DNA of 64,000 nt, from the NCBI GenBank assembly GCA_963675525.2, contig CAXXSL010000013.1, positions 416,001-480,000 of the forward strand, in the 5' to 3' direction. The notes beneath the pieces are model-generated. The model ran no database searches. It saw only the letters and a list, made by a program, of their open reading frames with translations, and had not been told where the DNA came from. The DNA comes from Anaerohalosphaeraceae bacterium. GTDB taxonomy: Bacteria; Planctomycetota; Phycisphaerae; Sedimentisphaerales; Anaerohalosphaeraceae. Both the position numbers and the translations under genes were made by a program. Below are positions 47,190-57,043 of the stretch, in pieces; positions within the stretch are counted from its first letter, which is position 1, and each line of letters opens with the position of its first letter.

Positions 47190-49490
47190 ATGACGGCAAA
47201 AACAAAAAAAAACCCGTTTCTGAAAGAAAATCAATCGATCGAGTCAATCGGAATTAAACCCTTCCGAACGGCGCGGTACACCAAATCGCAAAAGATACTT
47301 CTGGCCGGAATAGCATTGATTTCACTTGCCTTGGTTGGGTCATCCCTTATCCGCATGAAAAGCAGACAAAGCGGCTCTGTCGCCATCCAGAACCAGGAAG
47401 AAACTCAGCAACCTCTGGCAGAATACCCTGCCGTCACGTCACAACCTGTAGAACAACCCACTCCGATCCCCACAAAAGAATCTTTTAGAGCTGAAAATAA
47501 AAATTCTGCCAGCGGAGATTTATTTAAACATTATACGATCATAAATACCTTCGATAAGATGGGGTATGACAAAAGCTATCGGGCCTTGACAGCTTTATGC
47601 CACAGTTCCTCTCCTCTGATTGCCGCCAATGCCTGTTATAATTTAGCAGTCATTAATCATGCAAAGGGGTATTATCTCGAAGCTTTTAGACTTGCAGTTG
47701 CAGCACGCAATCTGGTCGATTTCGTACAATTTGATGGAATTAATGCTGACGAACTCAAAATCGACTGCAAACTTCTGGCTCTTAATTCATTAAGTCATCA
47801 TGTCTTATCATTAAATGCAGACGATAATGTTGAATACTTGAGCCTAATATCCAAAGAATCTGACTTTTTTGAGAACCTGACCGAGCAACAGGCCATCCGA
47901 GCCGCCTCTTCCGGAATCTCGGATTTGTCAACGGCGGCTCAAAATCCCATTATTAAAAAGCTCGAGGATGCTGAAACCCAAAATCGGTACGCCATTTTGT
48001 GCCATAATCTGGACTTGGAATCATTATTAATCAAATTGGCTTCAATCAGCCGCTGTGAATTGCGGTTTGAAGGTTTTAATGGAAGCGAAGAACTGAAAAA
48101 AAGACCAGTAACACTGAACTGCAGAACCGCAGAATTAAACGAACTTATCGAATCTGCTGTTCATTCAGCGGGTTTTCTCGTCGAGTTTGAACAATCAGCA
48201 AATGCACTCGTCGTCACAGTAATCAATTCCCTGTCTTACCATGAGCTTTCTGTTCATTTGGACATGCTCAACCGCCATGCAACGGATTCGTGGGTACAGT
48301 TCCTCTTGCAGTCCGATAGTACAAATCATAACGGTTTGGCGCATACGACACTGGGTCTGTTGTATAGACAAAATGAGCAATACAGCCAGGCTATTACGGA
48401 ATTCCAACTTGTCGCCAATACCTTTCCCCAAACCTCCCTGGCACCAGTGGCCCTGTTATACTCGGCTGAAACGAAGAGAACATTGGCCAATGACATCTCA
48501 GCCAAAGAAGATCTGGCACGCTTAATTGAACAGTACCCCTCAAGCGGATTAATCGCCAACGCCTATCTCAGTTTGGCCGAAATCAGTTTCGAAACGGCTG
48601 ATTATGAGCGAGCCACGACGATGTATAAAAAAATATTTCTGACTTATGAAGATCCTGACATTAAAGCCTTAGCAGCATACAGAGTTGCACAATGCTTGCA
48701 TAGTCTTTCGGATTATGATGCCGTTTTAAGATGGCTTAAATACTACTTCGATCTGGATGGTGTGAAATATAATACATACTACCAAAAAGCATTACTGGAA
48801 ATGGGGAACACAAATCTGCAGCTAAGGCAATACCCCGAAGCCAAACGGGCATTCTTGAAAGCATTGGAATTCGAGCTTCCAACAGAGGACTACCCTGTTG
48901 CCGTTTTCGGTGTAACCGAAGCACTCATGAAGGCTAACGATTTAGCGCCAGCAATGGGTATTCTTGAAAATATCAAAATGTGGCAGCTTACTCCGGCCCA
49001 GGCTATCCGTGCAATCCAGTTAAAGGCCGACATCTATTACCGCATTGGCCTTTCACAAAAAGCTATCGCCATTTTGGCTGAAAAAATCGATTATCTTTCC
49101 GATGCAAAACTGAGAACCAACGTAATCCTTCAATTATCTGACTACCTGATGGAAACAAATAAGCCGCAACGAGCACGCCAGCTTCTGGCACAATGTATCG
49201 TTCGAGTGGATGATCTGGAACAGATCCGTGAGGTCAACAGGAAACTGGCTGATGCGTCCCTGATGCTGTCCGATTATGACACGGTCATTTCCATCTGCAG
49301 TAAATTGCTGGCGGAGGAATTGCCTTCCGAACTCCGAAGACACCTGCAAAAAACGCTTGCAAAGGCCTATGAATCTAAAAATGATTATGAAAAAACAGCC
49401 CTTGTTTTGTTAGGCAAAATCCCGCCGCTGGATCAGGACAATGGTCAAACTTACAGCCTCAAAACATCGGCGTTAATCAAAACACAATAA
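47190..49490 (+). CDS. Single-pass membrane protein with many TPRs and a possible STN/secretin-N0-like segment
   Basis: Basic N-terminus, TM (ILLAGIALISLALVG), TPRs (LIEQYPSS.LIANAYLSLAEI...), segment LESLLIKLASISRCEL...RPVTLN...LNELIESAV. Confidence 0.7.
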   Translation: MTAKTKKNPFLKENQSIESIGIKPFRTARYTKSQKILLAGIALISLALVGSSLIRMKSRQSGSVAIQNQEETQQPLAEYPAVTSQPVEQPTPIPTKESFRAENKNSASGDLFKHYTIINTFDKMGYDKSYRALTALCHSSSPLIAANACYNLAVINHAKGYYLEAFRLAVAARNLVDFVQFDGINADELKIDCKLLALNSLSHHVLSLNADDNVEYLSLISKESDFFENLTEQQAIRAASSGISDLSTAAQNPIIKKLEDAETQNRYAILCHNLDLESLLIKLASISRCELRFEGFNGSEELKKRPVTLNCRTAELNELIESAVHSAGFLVEFEQSANALVVTVINSLSYHELSVHLDMLNRHATDSWVQFLLQSDSTNHNGLAHTTLGLLYRQNEQYSQAITEFQLVANTFPQTSLAPVALLYSAETKRTLANDISAKEDLARLIEQYPSSGLIANAYLSLAEISFETADYERATTMYKKIFLTYEDPDIKALAAYRVAQCLHSLSDYDAVLRWLKYYFDLDGVKYNTYYQKALLEMGNTNLQLRQYPEAKRAFLKALEFELPTEDYPVAVFGVTEALMKANDLAPAMGILENIKMWQLTPAQAIRAIQLKADIYYRIGLSQKAIAILAEKIDYLSDAKLRTNVILQLSDYLMETNKPQRARQLLAQCIVRVDDLEQIREVNRKLADASLMLSDYDTVISICSKLLAEELPSELRRHLQKTLAKAYESKNDYEKTALVLLGKIPPLDQDNGQTYSLKTSALIKTQ

Positions 49491-49502
49491 TCCTTTAAAA
49501 CT

Positions 49503-50222
49503 ATGAAAATGACGTCAATAACAGTACAAAAAGAGCTCAGGCAGACAAGCTTTACCGGCTATGTCAGCATCTTGTGTATAACGCTCGGCCTCTGCCTGAG
49601 TACTGAAGTCATGGGAAGTGATCCAAATTCTGCCGCAATGGCTCCGAACAAACGTGAAACAGTAACGACAGATGAACAAATTCGTTCTTTGATCGACCAA
49701 ATCCAAATGATTGATTTCGGAGACGACCAAAATCCTGAAAAAGAAAATGATGCCCAGAATCAAAACAAAACAGTATCTGAAAATTCTATCAAACTGTTTC
49801 AGGTCGCACTGACGGGGGGCATGCCTGAGACAAACACAACGTCTAAAACCAATGTCCTCAATGATCCAAACCAATCCGTCCCGTCAGCGACAATCTCTCT
49901 GCAAGACATTCTTTACCGCCAAAAACACCTTGAAAACCCGGCTGAACTGGCAGAATTGTTCCGAAAAAACAAAAATTATAAAGCCGCGATCTACTGCTAT
50001 CAAAAAGTGCTTGAACAAGTCGATCAGCCGCGGCAAAAGTCCTGGACACTGCTGCAATTAGCAAACTGCTATAAAGTAACTGACCCGGAAAAAGCAATTC
50101 TTGTATACACACAGCTTGTTTCTGAATCTCCATTGTCACCCTGGGTCAGCTATGCCAAAGCACAGATAAAAACCCTGCAGTGGCAAATCGCAGAAAAACC
50201 CTATCAGTGGGCATCGGAGTAA
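49503..50222 (+). CDS. Exported TPR protein
   Basis: Hydrophobic signal-like N-terminus; C-terminal TPRs (NYKAAIYCYQKVL, YTQLVSESPLSPW). Confidence 0.7.
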   Translation: MKMTSITVQKELRQTSFTGYVSILCITLGLCLSTEVMGSDPNSAAMAPNKRETVTTDEQIRSLIDQIQMIDFGDDQNPEKENDAQNQNKTVSENSIKLFQVALTGGMPETNTTSKTNVLNDPNQSVPSATISLQDILYRQKHLENPAELAELFRKNKNYKAAIYCYQKVLEQVDQPRQKSWTLLQLANCYKVTDPEKAILVYTQLVSESPLSPWVSYAKAQIKTLQWQIAEKPYQWASE

Positions 50223-50224
50223 TA

Positions 50225-51658
50225 ATGTCTGAAAAAATCATACCACAGGCGCTATTAGTTGAGACCGAGACCTTTATGACCAAGGCCATTCTTCAGTTCA
50301 TGGCCAAATGCGGTATTTGTGCCCACACAACTCCCCGAACAGCCGTTATCAAACAACTCAAAAAAAACACCATCAGCCTTCTGTTTCTAAACATCACCCC
50401 TCAGCAGCCTGAAACATCGCTGGATCTGCTTTCAAACGTCAGAAAACAATATCCCCAACTGCCAATCATTATGACTCTTGAAGCAGACGTATGGCATTCT
50501 GCCTGTGGTCTCGTAGAAACAGTCACCAAAGCAATTCGTTCCGGCTGCACTGAATTGCTGACCTCCGAAAACATAAACCGCATAAAAACGCTGGTCGAAA
50601 CATATATGCCAAAACACTTTGTTGCCTGCTGCGCCCAAAAAGCTGACCCCAATCGGCCGGGAAGCAACTGCTACCAGATTATCGGAAAAAGTCCGGCACT
50701 CCTGCATGTTGTGGAGTTGGCCAAACGGATAGCCGTTTCTTCCGCGCCGGTTCTGATTTCAGGCGAAAGCGGAACCGGTAAAGAGCTGTTTTCTCAAATG
50801 ATTCACTATGCCAGCCCTCGTGCCGATGGCCCTTTTATTAAAGTCAATTGTGCGTCATTATCCGAGTCTCTTCTGGAAAGCGAACTTTTCGGCCACGAAA
50901 AAGGAGCCTTCACCGGAGCTTGCATCCAGCGAAAAGGACGCTTTGAGGCCGCCAACGGCGGCACCCTCCTGTTGGATGAAATCACAGAAACACCATTGTC
51001 GTTTCAGGCGAAATTACTCCGTGTACTCGAAATGCAGAGCTTCGAGCGGGTTGGCGGCAATGATACTATTGATATCGATGTTCGGGTCATCAGCACAAGC
51101 AATCAAAATCTGGCTCAGGCGGTTCGGGACGGGGCTTTTCGTCTCGATCTGTATTATCGCCTGAACGGTCTGCGACTTGTTATTCCCCCCCTCAAAGAAC
51201 GCCGGGAAGATCTGCCTGAGCTGATTTGGCACTTTGTCAATCTTTATGCACCTCAGACACAACGAATCATTAAGGCTGTCGATCCGCAAATGATGCAGTT
51301 ATTTACAAGATATTCATGGCCCGGAAACATCCGTCAGTTAAGGAATGCCGTGATGACTTCATTGGTTCTCGGAACCGGTCCCACGCTGACATTAGGCGAT
51401 ACTTCATGGATGCTTGATGAATTGAAATTATATCCGGAAATAGCGCAAGCTCCTGCCGAAACAGAATCGAGGAACAGTTTGCCATCGGGACAGTTTGCAG
51501 GTTATCAGCTGCAAGATATCGAAAAACAAGCCATTTTGGATACGCTCCGGCATACGGACGGTAATCAGGTTCAAGCCGCTAAAGTTCTGGGCATCAGCGA
51601 CAGAACCTTACGGGGTAAAATTAAACGATACCGCCAGGAAGGTGTGCTGTCACGTTAA
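50225..51658 (+). CDS. Second sigma54 enhancer-binding activator with atypical receiver domain
   Basis: GESGTGKE, ESELFGHEKGAFTGA, LLDEI, WPGNIRQL, LGISDRTLR; ATG 50225 preferred. Confidence 0.92.
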   Translation: MSEKIIPQALLVETETFMTKAILQFMAKCGICAHTTPRTAVIKQLKKNTISLLFLNITPQQPETSLDLLSNVRKQYPQLPIIMTLEADVWHSACGLVETVTKAIRSGCTELLTSENINRIKTLVETYMPKHFVACCAQKADPNRPGSNCYQIIGKSPALLHVVELAKRIAVSSAPVLISGESGTGKELFSQMIHYASPRADGPFIKVNCASLSESLLESELFGHEKGAFTGACIQRKGRFEAANGGTLLLDEITETPLSFQAKLLRVLEMQSFERVGGNDTIDIDVRVISTSNQNLAQAVRDGAFRLDLYYRLNGLRLVIPPLKERREDLPELIWHFVNLYAPQTQRIIKAVDPQMMQLFTRYSWPGNIRQLRNAVMTSLVLGTGPTLTLGDTSWMLDELKLYPEIAQAPAETESRNSLPSGQFAGYQLQDIEKQAILDTLRHTDGNQVQAAKVLGISDRTLRGKIKRYRQEGVLSR

Positions 51659-51698
51659 ACTAATTATCATTAAACCTTAGTCACGAAAAAAAGAAACC

Positions 51699-52235
51699 AT
51701 GGAAAACAAAACAACAGAAAACCAGGCCGAGAAGACCGGTCGAAGCTCATTGACGGATTTCCTGATGATCGGAATCGTTGCGCTGACATGTTCCGCTGCG
51801 GGTTTCGGATTGAGTCATTTTCTGGCAAAATCATCCGGCAAACCGGCGGAGGATAATGTCGCTGACGCCCCGGTGGAAACTCCCGACAAACCAACAGAGC
51901 GAACAAACCAAAAAAACTGGTTTTATGATCTTGAGCCGGTCGTTGCGAATCTGAATGTCCCCGGTGCAACACGTTTTGTGCGGGCCACACTCACCCTTGA
52001 GATCAATTCCAAACTGGATGAGGAAAAAGGCCGTGAACTGATTAACTACAAAACCCCTATTCTGAAAAACTGGCTTACCATGTATTTGGCCAGTCTGAGC
52101 CTTGACGATGTTCGCGGGGACCGAAACCTCCGGCGTATTCAATCGCAGACGCTTCAGGCGTTTAATGAAGAACTTTTCGGGGACAGCGAACCCTTGGTCA
52201 TCAACGTTCTTTTCAAGGAATTTCCTATCCAATGA
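51699..52235 (+). CDS. fliL: Basal-body-associated protein
   Basis: N-terminal TM, LEPVVANL, RFVRATLTLE, NVLFKEF.IQ. Confidence 0.9.
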   Translation: MENKTTENQAEKTGRSSLTDFLMIGIVALTCSAAGFGLSHFLAKSSGKPAEDNVADAPVETPDKPTERTNQKNWFYDLEPVVANLNVPGATRFVRATLTLEINSKLDEEKGRELINYKTPILKNWLTMYLASLSLDDVRGDRNLRRIQSQTLQAFNEELFGDSEPLVINVLFKEFPIQ

Positions 52236-53188
52236 CAACGCTTTCTGCTGACAGCAAGATAGAAGAAAAACTGCGAGTATTGCGAAAACAGCTTGCCGGC
52301 AAGCAAACTCTGTCTGCGCAGGAAGATGCCGTTAACCATAATTGGCTCGAGCCACCGTTTTTCAATGCAAAACAAAAAAAACAGATTAACCATTTCTGCA
52401 GTAAACTGGCAGCGCGTTTCGCCGAAGATCTCAGTCTTTTTCTGAAATCGGAAATTGAAGTCACGTTCAATGCCGCTTCGGTCCACTTTTGTCAGTACCT
52501 GGCCGACCAAATGAATAAGGCCTCAGACAACCGTATTTCGTATGGATTAGCCAATGCGGACATAACAGAGATACTCATGACCGTCACAGCAGATGACGCA
52601 GGCACCTTACTGGTTCCGATTATGGGCATACTGGAATCCAATGAGTTCTCATCGCTGGAATTATCGATTTTGCAGGATCTCTTGGAGCTTTTGTCGCATA
52701 TTATAACTCAGGCTTTACCAACGTTGACAGTCAGTCAGCCGGGCTGTCTTGTAAATGGAAAAATGACCCTTGAGATGCCTTCATGGCAGGAAGTGCTTAA
52801 GGCTGAATTCAGTGTAAGCGAACCCGGTTCAGAAACATCGGTTAAACTCGACCTGATCATTCGCTGCGATAATCTGATGCAATTGACAGAAAAAGAGGCG
52901 AGTCGTAAAACCGTTTCGCCCGATGACATTCAAAAAATATTACTGGTCCACCTGGGCGAACAAACCGCAGAACTAACCTGTGAATTGGCAAAACAAAGCA
53001 TAACCATCAAGGAACTCATGGGCCTCGATGCGAATGATATTCTGGTTCTTGACAAGAGCGTCTGCGAACCTGTTGTCATAAAACTTAATAATACCCCTGT
53101 TTTTGAAGCACAGCCCGCAACCTGTGAGAAACACTATGCGGCCTGCATTTTAAAAACACTGAAAAAATCAAAAACTGATACTGAATAA
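52232..53188 (+). CDS. fliM: C-ring protein (highly divergent)
   Basis: Between fliL and fliN, 318 aa; EFSSLELSIL and C-terminal SpoA segment ITIKELMGLDANDILVLD. Confidence 0.75.
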   Translation: MTTLSADSKIEEKLRVLRKQLAGKQTLSAQEDAVNHNWLEPPFFNAKQKKQINHFCSKLAARFAEDLSLFLKSEIEVTFNAASVHFCQYLADQMNKASDNRISYGLANADITEILMTVTADDAGTLLVPIMGILESNEFSSLELSILQDLLELLSHIITQALPTLTVSQPGCLVNGKMTLEMPSWQEVLKAEFSVSEPGSETSVKLDLIIRCDNLMQLTEKEASRKTVSPDDIQKILLVHLGEQTAELTCELAKQSITIKELMGLDANDILVLDKSVCEPVVIKLNNTPVFEAQPATCEKHYAACILKTLKKSKTDTE

Positions 53189-53204
53189 TAAGCGAGGTAT
53201 AGTA

Positions 53205-53555
53205 ATGTCTGAAAACATCGTAGCGACAACCGAAGAAAAAGAGGTAGTGCCCCAGGACACAGATGCCACCGTTCAGAAAGCTGAATTTGAAGAAGCGCCT
53301 CGGGATTCACAATCCCAATCTGAAGTTGGAGTCAGCCTCCTGCTTGACATGACGGTAGACATCACGGTAACAATCGGCCAGTCAACGCTGTCGTTCAAAG
53401 AGCTGATGCAATTGGGACCGGGCGCGGTCATTAAACTTGACAAATTGATCGAGGAACCCGCTGACATTTACGTAAAGGGTTCGAAGTTCGCATCCGGAGA
53501 TGTTGTGGTCATTGACAACAAATTCGGCATCCGAATCAAGGATATTATTTGCTGA
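53205..53555 (+). CDS. fliN: C-ring protein
   Basis: LLDMTVDITVTIG, LGPGAVIKLDK, GDVVVIDNKFGIRI. Confidence 0.95.
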   Translation: MSENIVATTEEKEVVPQDTDATVQKAEFEEAPRDSQSQSEVGVSLLLDMTVDITVTIGQSTLSFKELMQLGPGAVIKLDKLIEEPADIYVKGSKFASGDVVVIDNKFGIRIKDIIC

Positions 53556-53584
53556 CCGAAAAATCATAAAAACCGGAGACAGCA

Positions 53585-55672
53585 ATGTCTATATCACAAG
53601 AAAATTTACTCCAGAGTGACCGCTCCAATACGAACTGCAATATTGTTCTGGCTGTGGGACTCGTCATTGTGTTGACCACTCTGATCATCCCGTTGCCAAC
53701 ATTTCTGCTGGATGGACTCTTAGCCTGCAGTATCGCCAGTTCTATCCTCGTACTGGTCATTACCCTGTCATCCCGCGAAGCGCTTGAGTTGTCTTCCTTT
53801 CCCTCACTGTTGCTATTTGTCACACTGTTTAGACTCTCACTGAACGTCGCCTCGACAAGACTGATCCTCACAGAGGGAACGGCCGGAAAAATTATCCAAA
53901 CGTTCGGCGGACTTGTTGCCGGCGGCAGCGTTGTAACGGGCCTGGTCATCTTCTTGATTTTGGTCATCATTCAGTTTGTCGTTATTACAAAAGGTGCCGA
54001 GCGTGTCAGCGAGGTTTCTGCACGCTTTACTCTGGATGCGATGCCGGGCAAACAAATGGCAATTGACGCGGATTTAAACGCCGGCTCGATCACCGAAGAA
54101 CAGGCCAATGAACGACGCAGAAAGATCGTGAAAGAAAGCGAATTTTACGGAGCCATGGATGGTTCGAGCAAGTTCATTCGCGGAGATGCCAAAGCCGGTT
54201 TGATCATTACAGCCATCAATATCGTCGGCGGCATCGCCATCGGCTACTCAAAAGGAATGGATGTTTACACGGCATTAAAAACCTATTCAATCTTATCGAT
54301 TGGTGACGGCCTTGTCAGTCAGATCCCTTCGATCATTATCTCAATCAGCTCCGGTTTCCTGGTCACCAAAATCTCAAGCAGTCATAGTGTGGGTAAAGAC
54401 TTGTCGAAACAATTCCTGAAAACACCCCAACCGCTGATCATTGCGTCCGTTATTATCGCAGCGATTGCGATCGTACCAGGTATGCCAAAAATCGCATTTC
54501 TGGCATTGGCTGGCGGAACAGGTCTTGTCGCAAAGCTTTTATCGAGAGAAAAACCACAAAAAAAGGAACAGCCAGACAAACAAGTCACAGGCAGGACACC
54601 CCAGAAGCCGGGATTTGAAGAATTGCTCGAAACCGACCGGATCAGTGTCCATGTCGGTGTCCGGCTTATCGGAATGGTAGACCCAACCAAAAATCACGGC
54701 TTTTATGACCGGATTGGATCACTGCGTCGTCGTTTCGCACAGGAATTCGGGATTATCGTACCGCTGGTACGCCTGCGAGACAGTATCACGCTGAAACCCA
54801 CCGAATATCATATCCGATTTCAGGACCACACCATTGCGGCCGGACAAATAGAACCCGATATGTTTTTGGCAATGAACCCGGGATCCGTTGACAAAAAGAT
54901 CGACGGAATCACGACAACCGAACCGGTTTACGGCCTTCCTGCCCTTTGGATCTCACAAGATAACCGGGAAGAGGCGGAATCCGCCGGATATACCGTTATT
55001 GACGCTGAATCCGTATTTATCACACATCTATCTGAAACATTAAAAAAGAATCTTCATGAGTTGTTGACCCGAGAAGATGTCCAGGAATTAATTGAATGTC
55101 ATCGAAAAAAACAGCCGTCATTGGTGGGGGAAGTGGTCGGTGATCTGGTTCCGGCCAGTCTGTTGCAGAGAATTCTGCGAAACCTGCTGGAAACCGGCCT
55201 GCCCATTCGTCAACTGACAACCATACTTGAAGCCCTGGCTGAACACGCAACAAAAACAAAAAATGCGGAGATATTGACCGAGCTTGTTCGAAAAGCCTTA
55301 TCCCGTACAATTACGGAAATGTACAAGAACTCGAATGGAAAGATCTCAGCTATCACTTTTGAACCGGAATTAGAGCATCAACTCGTCTCAACAATCCGCC
55401 ATGAGAAGGATACATCGACCGCCGCGATTCCTGTAGAAACCACACTGAATATCAGCCAGAAAATCGCACAGATATGGAAAGACGCCATGGACATGGGGCT
55501 TGAAAAGAATGTGCTGCTGTGTGATGCAAATCTTCGGCCCCATCTTGCAGGGATATTGAAAAAAGTCGTCCCTCAGTTACCAGTTGTTGCGTATGACGAA
55601 ATCACACCCGGAATTGAAATCGAACCATTACCGCAAACAATCTCGCTGGAGCAGATGGTAATGGCCGCTTAG
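53585..55672 (+). CDS. flhA: Flagellar export gate protein
   Basis: FHIPEP motif RVSEVSARFTLDAMPGKQMAIDADLNAG, FYGAMDGSSKFIRGDA, complete cytoplasmic domain. Confidence 0.97.
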   Translation: MSISQENLLQSDRSNTNCNIVLAVGLVIVLTTLIIPLPTFLLDGLLACSIASSILVLVITLSSREALELSSFPSLLLFVTLFRLSLNVASTRLILTEGTAGKIIQTFGGLVAGGSVVTGLVIFLILVIIQFVVITKGAERVSEVSARFTLDAMPGKQMAIDADLNAGSITEEQANERRRKIVKESEFYGAMDGSSKFIRGDAKAGLIITAINIVGGIAIGYSKGMDVYTALKTYSILSIGDGLVSQIPSIIISISSGFLVTKISSSHSVGKDLSKQFLKTPQPLIIASVIIAAIAIVPGMPKIAFLALAGGTGLVAKLLSREKPQKKEQPDKQVTGRTPQKPGFEELLETDRISVHVGVRLIGMVDPTKNHGFYDRIGSLRRRFAQEFGIIVPLVRLRDSITLKPTEYHIRFQDHTIAAGQIEPDMFLAMNPGSVDKKIDGITTTEPVYGLPALWISQDNREEAESAGYTVIDAESVFITHLSETLKKNLHELLTREDVQELIECHRKKQPSLVGEVVGDLVPASLLQRILRNLLETGLPIRQLTTILEALAEHATKTKNAEILTELVRKALSRTITEMYKNSNGKISAITFEPELEHQLVSTIRHEKDTSTAAIPVETTLNISQKIAQIWKDAMDMGLEKNVLLCDANLRPHLAGILKKVVPQLPVVAYDEITPGIEIEPLPQTISLEQMVMAA

Positions 55673-55700
55673 GACATCATAGAAATGAAAGGATTCGTGA

Positions 55701-55934
55701 ATGCCGTTTGAAATTCGACAGGTCGCTGTCAGGATCGCCGTGCTGATGTTTTTTATTATTGCCTTTTTGGGATTCAGTAAAGGTGTCGCGCCTATTGAAT
55801 GCTGTAAGCGCGCGATCATTGGATCAATCATTATCTATCTCGTAACAGTTTATGCGGTCAAAGCGGTTAACTTTATCATTCTCAGTGCGGTACAGTCAAA
55901 ACAATCTTCTAAAAAGGTAAATGATGCTGTCTGA
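55701..55934 (+). CDS. Small two-TM hypothetical protein
   Basis: 77 aa with two hydrophobic segments; AAAGGA RBS; between flhA and fliA. Confidence 0.6.
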   Translation: MPFEIRQVAVRIAVLMFFIIAFLGFSKGVAPIECCKRAIIGSIIIYLVTVYAVKAVNFIILSAVQSKQSSKKVNDAV

Positions 55935-56727
55935 ACAACTGGAAAAGCAATCTCAATCTCCTTCCTCAGACAACCCGGCAGGGCTGCTGAATGCCGCTAT
56001 CCGCGCTTATACCGACCCCGCCAGCCGACACATTTCAGATGAACAAATTAATGATTATTTGCCGCTGGTCTCAAGAATTGCCCGGCGGGTCGTTTCCTAT
56101 TTACCGTCACCGTTAACATTTGAAGACCTTGTCTCAGCCGGTACACTTGGATTGGTCATGGCAGCGCGTAACTACAATCCGACTCAAAATGCTGAGTTCA
56201 AAACCTATGCGTTTATCAGAATTCGAGGCGCGATTCTTGATGAGTTAAAAAAATGGACCTTTGTTCCCGCTGAAACCTCACAGAAGATAGCCCGCCTGTT
56301 CAGAGCTGCTCGAGAAATCATGGAAACAACTGGCTCTGTCCCCACCGATGAACAACTTGCCGAAGCCATTGAAACATCGGTTGAGGAGGTCTTAAAGCTG
56401 CATCAGAAGTCTCGTGCACAACAGTTTTTATCCCTCAATCATGAAAATGACCAAATTTCAGGATTTCTCAACATTCTATCCGGCGATACCTTGGTTCCGG
56501 GCAAACAGATGGAAACACACGAACTTATTGAGAAAGTTGCTGAAGCGATCCAGTCGCTGTCCGAAAAAAAACGGCAGATCATTCTGCTCTATTATCATAA
56601 AGAACTCACAATGAAAGAAATTGCCGAAGTCTTTGAGATCACCGAATCCAGGGTGAGCCAACTTCATGCGGCGGCGTTATTTGACCTATCCCTTAAATTA
56701 AAAGAATACAAGAATTCTGACGACTGA
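55921..56727 (+). CDS. fliA: RNA polymerase sigma28
   Basis: YLPLV.RIARR, DLVSAGTLGL, FKTYA.IRIRGAILDELK, LTMKEIAEVF.ITESRVSQLH. Confidence 0.95.
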   Translation: MMLSEQLEKQSQSPSSDNPAGLLNAAIRAYTDPASRHISDEQINDYLPLVSRIARRVVSYLPSPLTFEDLVSAGTLGLVMAARNYNPTQNAEFKTYAFIRIRGAILDELKKWTFVPAETSQKIARLFRAAREIMETTGSVPTDEQLAEAIETSVEEVLKLHQKSRAQQFLSLNHENDQISGFLNILSGDTLVPGKQMETHELIEKVAEAIQSLSEKKRQIILLYYHKELTMKEIAEVFEITESRVSQLHAAALFDLSLKLKEYKNSDD

Positions 56728-56801
56728 TAACAAGCCTGCAGCCCGGAAGCCGGGCCGCGCGGAAGCCATAACTATTAAACACGAATATTGAGAAATAAAA
56801 T

Positions 56802-57017
56802 ATGACACAGATTATAAAAGCAAAGGACAATGCCGTACAGGGTGGTTTTAAGATCGCGCTGAATATGCCGGTCGGCGATACGGCGCAACCATTACCGCAG
56901 TCTGTCTCTCATACATCCGAACCGCATGCCGCAATCGTTCAAGCCACCGATCAGTTTGCGGTTATCGAGGTTACCTGTACCTGCGGTAATAAAGTATCGA
57001 TCAAATGTGAATTCTAA
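56802..57017 (+). CDS. Small hypothetical protein with C-terminal CxC...C motif
   Basis: 71 aa ending IEVTCTCGNKVSIKCEF. Confidence 0.6.
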   Translation: MTQIIKAKDNAVQGGFKIALNMPVGDTAQPLPQSVSHTSEPHAAIVQATDQFAVIEVTCTCGNKVSIKCEF

Positions 57018-57043
57018 TTCTGTTGTTTGAAAGGATGTTTAAA

